Positions 36,606 through 43,381 of a stretch of 43,381 nt of DNA are shown here, one piece after another. Location: positions 1 through 43,381 of the forward strand of contig JBHHXT010000023.1 of assembly GCA_046757165.1 (NCBI GenBank), read 5' to 3'. The stretch comes from a bacterium (lineage in GTDB: Bacteria > Zhuqueibacterota > Zhuqueibacteria > Oceanimicrobiales > Oceanimicrobiaceae). The notes beneath the pieces are model-generated. The model saw only the letters and a list, made by a program, of their open reading frames with translations, did not search any database and was not told where the DNA came from. The position numbers and the translations under genes are program-made. Each line of letters starts with the position of its first letter. Positions within the stretch are counted from its first letter, which is position 1.

Positions 36606-38054
36606 CTAGCTGCCAGGCTCGCCCACCGGCCACTTGCCCGGATTCATGATTCCCTTCGGGTCGAGCACCTTCCGCACTTTGTTCAGAAGATGCAGGAAAT
36701 TCGGGTCGATCTTGTCGCGATGGCGTCGTATGAGCCAGGGCGGCGTTTTGTACGGGAAAAATCCCAGCTCCAGCACCAGGTCACTGAGCTCCTCGTTGAG
36801 CCTGGTGACACGCTCGATCTGTTCGCTATTGGTTTTGTCGAAAACTTCGATGAAGCGCAAGACGCCGAAATGGCCTCCACGCATCGGCCGGGTCACCACG
36901 ATGGGTGGCAAGCCGTGCTTTGTCATCATCTCCATGCCGCGCTTGACGCCCTCCTTCCAGCGCGAAGTTGGTCCGAACGTCCCGATCCAGCTCAAGCCAC
37001 CTTGTTCGAGCAAGAACTCCAGCTCGGTCGGAAACTCGGCAAATTTTTCGAAGCGCGGTGCGATCTGTACTAATTTCTTGATATCCAGGGGCGACTCGAG
37101 TTTTGCCCCCTTTTTTCTCTGCGCCGCAACTATCCGCTCGACAACTCTGAGCTTGGTTTCGAACAGGTCTTCATGCTCGTCAGAAACATCGATGTACAGG
37201 AATTGCTCAGGCTCGTTCGGGTCGCGGTAGAGCGGATGCTTCTCACCGAACAGCATCTTGCCCACCGGCCAGGACAGGCCACCGATGTCGTCGCACACCT
37301 CCGCCCGCACCAGAACAGCGATCAGGTCGTATGTGGCGTCCGTGTCGTAGGTCAAGATGAAAAATCGGCGTCGGAAAGGGTGATTTGGCCAGAGCTGGAC
37401 CGAGACTTTGGTAACAATCCCGGTTGTGCCTTGAAAGTTGACAAACAAGCCGGTCAGATCGGGCATGGGTGCCGCCGAGCACCAGGTTGGACTGACCGCG
37501 CCGATGCCTGTGCGAACGATTTCACCGGTTGGCAGGACCGCCTCCAGGCCGTTGATCCACTGCGCCGTTGTGCCGTGTTTTAAGCTGAGGTTCGTGAGAC
37601 CGTCCATCAGGCAGTTGGCGAGAATCGAGGCATAAGGCGGCGACAACGAGTAGCCAAAGCGAAGCGCGGGATGGTTTTCACGGAGATGCTCTTTCATGTC
37701 CCCCCAGGTGACGCCCGGCTCGATCACCGCATACATGTCAGCCTCGTTGACCTCCACAATCCGGTTCATCTCGGTGAAATCCAGCAAGAAGCCGCCTTGC
37801 TGCGCGATGGCCAGGCCGCCGATGTTGGTGTTGGTCACGCGCGGCGTCACCGCGATCTTCTTTTCGTTTGCAAGCTGCAAGACGAATTGCACCTGCTCGA
37901 CACTCTTGATTTTTATCACGACATCGGGCGCATGGCCGGGGATTTCCGTCCAGTCGTCGGCACATTGCTGCAGCGTGTCAGGGTCGTGCAAGACCCGGTC
38001 AGAGCCGAAATAGGCTTTGAGCTTTATCAGGATTTGCTTGCTCGAGCTCTTCAT
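36606..38054 (-). CDS. FAD-binding oxidoreductase (GlcD/VAO-PCMH superfamily)
   Basis: PDVV, LDFTEMNRI.EVN, IEPGVT, GLEAVLPTGEI, GTTGIVTK, LDPKGIMNPGK. Confidence 0.88.
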   Translation of the reverse strand: MKSSSKQILIKLKAYFGSDRVLHDPDTLQQCADDWTEIPGHAPDVVIKIKSVEQVQFVLQLANEKKIAVTPRVTNTNIGGLAIAQQGGFLLDFTEMNRIVEVNEADMYAVIEPGVTWGDMKEHLRENHPALRFGYSLSPPYASILANCLMDGLTNLSLKHGTTAQWINGLEAVLPTGEIVRTGIGAVSPTWCSAAPMPDLTGLFVNFQGTTGIVTKVSVQLWPNHPFRRRFFILTYDTDATYDLIAVLVRAEVCDDIGGLSWPVGKMLFGEKHPLYRDPNEPEQFLYIDVSDEHEDLFETKLRVVERIVAAQRKKGAKLESPLDIKKLVQIAPRFEKFAEFPTELEFLLEQGGLSWIGTFGPTSRWKEGVKRGMEMMTKHGLPPIVVTRPMRGGHFGVLRFIEVFDKTNSEQIERVTRLNEELSDLVLELGFFPYKTPPWLIRRHRDKIDPNFLHLLNKVRKVLDPKGIMNPGKWPVGEPGS

Positions 38055-38435
38055 CTATTTCACGTTCAAAAGCTTGACCAACATGAGCAGCTTGGTGAGA
38101 TTTCCTGCGATGATGACTTTGCGCCTGGCGATCAACATGAAGTAGTTTGCCCCGAGCGCAATGTCGAGCAAGGTACTGAGGTCGCCGCTGATTCTCGCAT
38201 CGATTTTTCCAGGAGCGCTCGAGGTAATCTCGATATCGTCTCCCTTGAAGGTCACACAGGCTTGCATGCCGCTGGCATCGAACAGGATGGTTGCCTCCAT
38301 TCTGCGCGCCAGATCTTGAGCTTTCTTGTTTTCCAACCTGGAGCGAAACATATCGCGCAAAAAGTAGGCGACGAGGTTCATCTTATCGGGTTGTGGAAAG
38401 GTCACCTGCATTTTGATTTCAACTATCCGTGTCAT
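38055..38435 (-). CDS. SCP2 sterol/lipid-binding domain protein
   Basis: D..ISGD..LL..G...KV.IAGN..KL pattern; abuts the FAD oxidoreductase start; start codon uncertain. Confidence 0.6.
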   Translation of the reverse strand: MTRIVEIKMQVTFPQPDKMNLVAYFLRDMFRSRLENKKAQDLARRMEATILFDASGMQACVTFKGDDIEITSSAPGKIDARISGDLSTLLDIALGANYFMLIARRKVIIAGNLTKLLMLVKLLNVK

Positions 38436-38529
38436 GGTCGCCCGTATGCCAGACAACGGGCAGGGGTTGATGTGCTCTGGAATGGAAGGAAGAAAGACGC
38501 TTGTCTTGATAAAGCGCCTCAGTCCCGGG

Positions 38530-39192
38530 TCAGTCGGTCTCCCGCAAATCCACCACCTCGAAATCCTGCTCAATCTGAAACTGAAATAGAGAGGGATCCA
38601 GTGGCACGTTGTCCCGGATGTTACTCACCAGGTAAGTATTTAGATTGTCGTTGATATCGAGCTGCTCGATCTTGCGGGTGACCCAGTTGTCCGCATCCAC
38701 CCATATCTTGACGGATTTGATGAGCGTGTCCTCTTCTTTGGGGACCAGATTCAGCACGTGCATTTTGCGGCCGTCCAGCTTTTCCTCGCCGACATAAACG
38801 GGCGCATACTCCTCAGAATACTTCAGCACCAGGTCTCTTGGCAAGGGATTTTCTTCGGATTTCTCCAGCAAGTCGATTATCACCTGCCTGGTCTTTTTGG
38901 AGTACGTCCAGACGGTGGTGCCGTCGGTGATGATCTTCTGAACATCGGTTTCAATGTGGTATTTGTTGCCTTCTTGCAGATAAATGATGCCGGTTACTGA
39001 GTGGGTTTCTCCGGTCAACTCCCATCTGAAGTCCTGCCTGAAATCCGCTTGCAGAGTTTTCACCTGTCGATATTTCTTCTGAACCTTTTTGATGATCTCT
39101 TTCGGGTTCTTGCTACCGGCAGGCAGAGGCGAGGGGATTGGCAACGTCAGGAGCAAAGCCAGAAGTGGTTGAAGAAGGGTACGAGTTGTCAT
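38530..39192 (-). CDS. lolA: Outer-membrane lipoprotein carrier LolA family
   Basis: Signal peptide; LQADFRQ, G.IY, ITDGTTVWTY...QVI, LFQF; directly downstream of ftsK as is typical. Confidence 0.82.
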   Translation of the reverse strand: MTTRTLLQPLLALLLTLPIPSPLPAGSKNPKEIIKKVQKKYRQVKTLQADFRQDFRWELTGETHSVTGIIYLQEGNKYHIETDVQKIITDGTTVWTYSKKTRQVIIDLLEKSEENPLPRDLVLKYSEEYAPVYVGEEKLDGRKMHVLNLVPKEEDTLIKSVKIWVDADNWVTRKIEQLDINDNLNTYLVSNIRDNVPLDPSLFQFQIEQDFEVVDLRETD

Positions 39193-39270
39193 TGTCACTA
39201 TCCTCAATATTTGAGCGCGTCCAGCCCTAAAGCCTTGTAAGGGTCGGCCCGTCACAAGGGTGCGAGTCAT

Positions 39271-41640
39271 TTAACCCAGATCCATCTCCTCGAGTTCCTC
39301 TTCATCCATCAAGACCTCTCGTGCCTTGCTGCCATCGTATGGGCCGACCACGCCGGCAGCTTCCAGCTCATCGATGAGGCGTGCGGCGCGGGCATAGCCG
39401 ACTTTCAGCCGGCGCTGAATGAGCGAAATCGAGCCCTGCTGATGCCGCACCACCAGCCGCATGGCGTGTTTGAAAAGCGGATCCTGAGATACGCCGCCGT
39501 TGATCTCTCCGGGCGCCACATCGCCCATGACATCTTCCTCAGCAACCGGGAGCGTGTGGCTCGGATAGCGCGGCTGTTGACGGATATGGGCGATGATTTT
39601 CTCAATTTCTTCGACAGAAACATAAGCGCCATGGATTCGCAGCGGCTCGGGACTGCCCTGGGGAATGAACAACATGTCTCCCATGCCGAGCAGTTTTTCT
39701 GCTCCATTCAAGTCAAGGATGGTGCGGGAATCGGTTTTCGATGCGACCTGAAATGCGATGCGCGCCGGAAAGTTTGCTTTGATGACGCCGGTGATGACGT
39801 TGACCGACGGCCGCTGCGTCGCCACGATGAGATGAAAGCCGACCGCGCGCGCCATTTGCGCCAGTCTGGCGATCGGCTCCTCGATTTCACGTGCGGAGGT
39901 CAGCATCAGGTCGGCAAGTTCGTCGACAATGAGAACAATGTACTCCAGAGGCTCAAACGGAGCCTCGCCTTCCAGGCACTCTAGCCGGCCAGCCTTTAGC
40001 TTCTTATTGTAATCTCTAATGTTACGGACGCCGGCACGGGCGAGAATTTCGTAACGCTCATCCATCAAGACGCACATACTTTTCAGAATGGAAATCGCGT
40101 TGTCAGCGGTCGTCACGACCTCTTCGCTCAAGTCCTCCTTATAGGTCAAGTGGTGGTGACGCAAGTCGTTGTAGACCGTCAACTCGAGCCGTTTGGGATC
40201 GATCATGACAAACTGCACCTGCGTCGGGTGGGCTTTATAAAGAATACTGGCCACAACGCTATTCAAGCAGATACTCTTGCCTGAGCCAGTCGCACCAGCG
40301 ATGAGCAAATGCGGCATGTTCTCCAGATTAGTCACAAACGGCTCGCCGGAAATGGTCTTTCCCAGGGCGATGGTCAAGGGGGATTCCGCGTTTCGAAAGG
40401 CGCGGGAACTCAAAATCTCGCGCAAATAGACCACAGAGTGCTTGCGGTTTGGAATTTCGATGCCGACAGCCCCTTTGCCGGGGACAGGCGCGACGATTCG
40501 AATGCGTTTGGCGCGCATGGCCAGCGCGAGGTCGTCAGCCAGGCCGACGATGCGGCTGATTTTCACACCAGCAGCCGGCTCTACGTCGTAGCGTGTGATG
40601 ACCGGGCCAGGGTTAATCTCGATGACGCGCCCCTCAACGCCGAATTCCAACAAACGATCCTCGAGAATGCGCGCGTTCGTTTGCAGCTCCTGTTGCGTCA
40701 TACTGTGGCCCTCAGAGGCGTCAGGTGCATGCAGGAACTCGATACTTGGATGGAGGTAGCTACGCTGCGCACCTTTACTGGTACCGGTATCCCGGTCAGC
40801 CTCCTTTTCCAGACTGGAGCCTGAGGGCGCTTCAGAGTCATCCAGGTCAAATTCGATTTGCCGGAGCGCAATCTCCGGGGCAGGTAGTGGTGAAGAGTCT
40901 TGTTCGACAGCCTCTCCTATCTCTTGCAGCCCCGACTCATCCGTGACAACGTTATCCTCCTGGCTGTCACTGAGTTCGTCTTCAGCGTGCCACCGGTAAG
41001 CCCTGGCAAGATCGTTCTTTTGCTTTTTGCGCTTATTTTTTCGCCTTGCGCGTGAGGCCCGCATTTTCTGCCGTATATCCTCGACCACGGAAAGGACTTG
41101 CTCTGTTGCACTGGAAAATAGGCCCGTGAGGCTCAGGTTGGTCGCACCGATGACAGTAATCATGATCAGGGAGAGAAGCGTGACAATCGTGCCGGCAATG
41201 CCAAGGTAGTTGAACAAATACTGGGCGATGACTCCGCCTACCAAACCAGAGAGCGAAAACCCAATTTGACTTTCGCCCCCGGAGGTCACTTCTGGCAGGG
41301 CCAGAATGATCGAGGTATAAAGCGCAAACATCAAAAGATAGGCGCTGGCACGAAATGTCTGCAAGAATTCTCCCCCACGCAGGAAACTCCAGCCGGCAAG
41401 CAAGATGACCACGGGGAAAACGAATGACGGATAGCCAAGACCGTACTGAATGAGAAAGTGAGCGATGTAGACGCCAGCGATACCGAGCTTGTTGCTTATC
41501 CTGACTTCTCCCACCATGCCCGGCGCCTCTGCCGAATCATAGGACGACAGGGCGATGAAGACCAGAATGCTGAGAGTCATAAGCAGGAGACCAACGACTT
41601 CCTCTTTTCTGGAGTGGGTCACAGCTTTTCTGCGTGCCAT
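39271..41640 (-). CDS. ftsK: DNA translocase FtsK
   Basis: N-terminal TMs; GPVITRY, PHLLIAGATGSGKS, MIDPK, DELADLM, ATQRPS, GAEKLLG.GDML; gamma domain IQRRLKVGYARAAR. Confidence 0.96.
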   Translation of the reverse strand: MARRKAVTHSRKEEVVGLLLMTLSILVFIALSSYDSAEAPGMVGEVRISNKLGIAGVYIAHFLIQYGLGYPSFVFPVVILLAGWSFLRGGEFLQTFRASAYLLMFALYTSIILALPEVTSGGESQIGFSLSGLVGGVIAQYLFNYLGIAGTIVTLLSLIMITVIGATNLSLTGLFSSATEQVLSVVEDIRQKMRASRARRKNKRKKQKNDLARAYRWHAEDELSDSQEDNVVTDESGLQEIGEAVEQDSSPLPAPEIALRQIEFDLDDSEAPSGSSLEKEADRDTGTSKGAQRSYLHPSIEFLHAPDASEGHSMTQQELQTNARILEDRLLEFGVEGRVIEINPGPVITRYDVEPAAGVKISRIVGLADDLALAMRAKRIRIVAPVPGKGAVGIEIPNRKHSVVYLREILSSRAFRNAESPLTIALGKTISGEPFVTNLENMPHLLIAGATGSGKSICLNSVVASILYKAHPTQVQFVMIDPKRLELTVYNDLRHHHLTYKEDLSEEVVTTADNAISILKSMCVLMDERYEILARAGVRNIRDYNKKLKAGRLECLEGEAPFEPLEYIVLIVDELADLMLTSAREIEEPIARLAQMARAVGFHLIVATQRPSVNVITGVIKANFPARIAFQVASKTDSRTILDLNGAEKLLGMGDMLFIPQGSPEPLRIHGAYVSVEEIEKIIAHIRQQPRYPSHTLPVAEEDVMGDVAPGEINGGVSQDPLFKHAMRLVVRHQQGSISLIQRRLKVGYARAARLIDELEAAGVVGPYDGSKAREVLMDEEELEEMDLG

Positions 41641-41645
41641 AACAC

Positions 41646-42311
41646 TTACCTTTTGCAAGTTTGATGCTGAGAATCATGAACGGCCTTCACAAAGGTGCGG
41701 GCCTGTGTCTGAACATCCAGCGCGTTCAGCAGCGCCGAAACCACTGCCACACCATCCGCTCCGGCCAGGATCACCGGTCGGACGTTCTCGACCGTGATGC
41801 CGCCGATGGCAATCAGGGGGGAGGATGTTCTTGCTCTCAGCCTTTCGATAATTTCGATACCGGTTATGTTCTTGACTTCTTTGGTGCTCGATGGATAAAT
41901 GGTTCCGACTCCGAAATAGGTCGGTCCATATGCAATTGCCTGCTCGAACTCCGCATCGTTGTGAACGGAAACCCCGACGATCTTGTTTTGACCTAATAGC
42001 TGCCTCGCAGCCGGTAACGGCAAGTCCTGCTGGCCCAGGTGTACGCCCGCGGCCTCTACAGCTCTTGCCACGTCAGCTCGATCATTTATGATGAGCGGAA
42101 CACCATAGTGGTCGGTGAGGCGTTTGACAAGCCGTGCATCTTCATAGAACGCCTTTATGTCAGAAGATTTATTTCGTAATTGAATCACACCTGCGCCGCC
42201 CGTAAGCACTTCTTGTGCAACATGCTCTATATCTCGATCTCCGACAGTTGTCTTGTCGAGAATAGCGTACAGAGACCAATCTATCTCAATTGTCGAGATG
42301 TTTCCCGCCAA
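41646..42311 (-). CDS. thiE: Thiamine-phosphate synthase
   Basis: QLRNK, IINDR.D, GVHLGQQD, GVSVH, P.STK, AIGGI, GVAVVS. Confidence 0.93.
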   Translation of the reverse strand: MAGNISTIEIDWSLYAILDKTTVGDRDIEHVAQEVLTGGAGVIQLRNKSSDIKAFYEDARLVKRLTDHYGVPLIINDRADVARAVEAAGVHLGQQDLPLPAARQLLGQNKIVGVSVHNDAEFEQAIAYGPTYFGVGTIYPSSTKEVKNITGIEIIERLRARTSSPLIAIGGITVENVRPVILAGADGVAVVSALLNALDVQTQARTFVKAVHDSQHQTCKR

Positions 42312-42328
42312 ATCAAACGTGACAACAT

Positions 42329-42676
42329 TTATTCACTTTTCCCGAGAGTTTTCACGAAGCGTTCTGCTTCCTCAATGGATCGCGCTTTCTTCACTCGGAC
42401 TCGAAGCTCTTCCAACTCTTCAACACTCACCATCTTGTCAACATGGTGGAACAACTCCACGCCGGCAGCAGCAAACTTGAGTTCGAGAATATCGCAAATT
42501 GCTTGCCTAAGTCCTTCAGCTTTGCCTTCAGCTTTGCCTTCAGCTTTGCCTTCAGCCTTGCCTTCGGCTTTGCCTTCAGCTTTGCCTTCGGCTTTGCCTT
42601 TTTCAATCCCTTCGCGCAATCCCATTTCCCTACCCCTTGTCATGCCGATTCTTTCTGCAGTACTCAAAACAGACAT
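42329..42676 (-). CDS. Putative nested Rpn-S small antitoxin (115 aa) from an internal start
   Basis: In-frame ATG at 42676 preceded by GGAGG at 8-nt spacing (EEKE-MSVLSTAERIGM). Confidence 0.55.
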   Translation of the reverse strand: MSVLSTAERIGMTRGREMGLREGIEKGKAEGKAEGKAEGKAEGKAEGKAEGKAEGLRQAICDILELKFAAAGVELFHHVDKMVSVEELEELRVRVKKARSIEEAERFVKTLGKSE

Positions 42677-43375
42677 CTCTTTTTCCTCCGTTGTATCTTT
42701 TATGTCTTCATACAAAGCTTCGTCCATTTTCGCGGGCAACGCCATGATAACATCAATAAACCGGTAGAGCGCCAGGATGGTTCCTCGCATCATTCCCTTA
42801 CGGTACAGCTCCGTCAGAAATCGTTTTTTCCACTGGTACCTCTGCTGCTTGCTGCTCGCGGTGTCCAGCGTTTTTAGGAAAGCCATCACTACCATAGCAA
42901 AGGGATTGGTCCCATGTTCAAGTTCATCCCACTTGTCTCGATAGTCGAGCAGCTTGATCGCAGGGAATTCAAAATGATGATAAAAGCCCCAACGTGATAC
43001 CTTGTAAGTGTGTTCGCGAAACGTTGGATCTTCGTCAGATAAAAGTACAAGGCTAATGACATCTTTTTGAAATCTGTCGAAAATTCGATAGTTATAAATG
43101 TAAACGCGCTGAGCAAAATTTTCTTCCGGATAACCCTGCACCTCAATGTGAATCAACAGCCAGGTTTCGTGACCGTCGCGAAGAACGACCTTGACAAGCT
43201 TGTCGACAATTCGCTTGCCCGTCTTGCTCCGGGGTAGAATCTGGCGCAATTCCTTGTCTAAGAACTCAAATCCATTTTCAAAGGCTATGTCTTTATAAAC
43301 GGCAGGGAAGAAAAACGCCAGGAAATCCGGCAGCAGTTCTTCCAAGATCTCTTTCCAGGAGCTATCCTGTTTCAT
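42329..43375 (-). CDS. Rpn-family (PD-(D/E)XK 'putative transposase') protein
   Basis: DS.WKE, EFLDKEL, VDKLVKV, LIHIEVQ, YNYRIFD, NPFA; C-terminal G..EG repeats. Confidence 0.85.
   Translation of the reverse strand: MKQDSSWKEILEELLPDFLAFFFPAVYKDIAFENGFEFLDKELRQILPRSKTGKRIVDKLVKVVLRDGHETWLLIHIEVQGYPEENFAQRVYIYNYRIFDRFQKDVISLVLLSDEDPTFREHTYKVSRWGFYHHFEFPAIKLLDYRDKWDELEHGTNPFAMVVMAFLKTLDTASSKQQRYQWKKRFLTELYRKGMMRGTILALYRFIDVIMALPAKMDEALYEDIKDTTEEKEMSVLSTAERIGMTRGREMGLREGIEKGKAEGKAEGKAEGKAEGKAEGKAEGKAEGLRQAICDILELKFAAAGVELFHHVDKMVSVEELEELRVRVKKARSIEEAERFVKTLGKSE
42513..42600. repeat. 12-bp tandem repeat x7 encoding (GKAE)7
   Basis: CCTTC(A/G)GC(T/C)TTG units. Confidence 0.95.
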
Positions 43376-43381
43376 CGGAGG

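Noticed and set aside
42513..42600. CRISPR or satellite interpretation of the 12-bp repeat
   Set aside because: No spacers; it is an in-frame coding repeat.
1..43381. tRNA, rRNA, integrase, benzoate-CoA ligase or ferredoxin genes
   Set aside because: None recognised in the window.

Overview
Bacterial chromosomal window. The secreted-protein C-terminal NYPNPFNP/FlgD-like domain, LolA and the ANPVxxLRYE permease suggest a KSB1/Calditrichota/FCB-like diderm (inference). Blocks in order: (1) the 5' end of an IS701-like transposase and a Uma2 pseudogene. (2) An anaerobic benzoyl-CoA core cluster: queD, Rrf2/BadM-like regulator, had, oah, BadL-like GNAT, dch, class I BCR bcrCBAD and a small CxxC protein, with a clear sigma70 promoter and a perfect operator palindrome. 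(3) A 1738-aa secreted lipase-vWA-propeller protein. (4) A minus-strand module of two exported Fam20C/PI4K-like kinases and an exported Shewanella-like phosphatase, followed by a STAS protein; this is the best candidate for an undescribed system. (5) A sugar salvage operon (SSS, GHMP kinase, nucleotidyltransferase). (6) An accessory zone where AT-rich AAA/DUF4143 and AbiEii-like cassettes sit behind repeated ABC-permease 3' ends or inside a broken TPR gene. (7) A housekeeping and metabolic run: Rpn, thiE, ftsK, lolA, SCP2, FAD oxidoreductase, PLP enzyme, M20 amidohydrolase, YfcE, PPTase. Many different MITE/REP-like palindromes occupy intergenic gaps. No rRNA, tRNA or CRISPR array was seen. 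All family calls come from motif recognition by eye, not from database searches.
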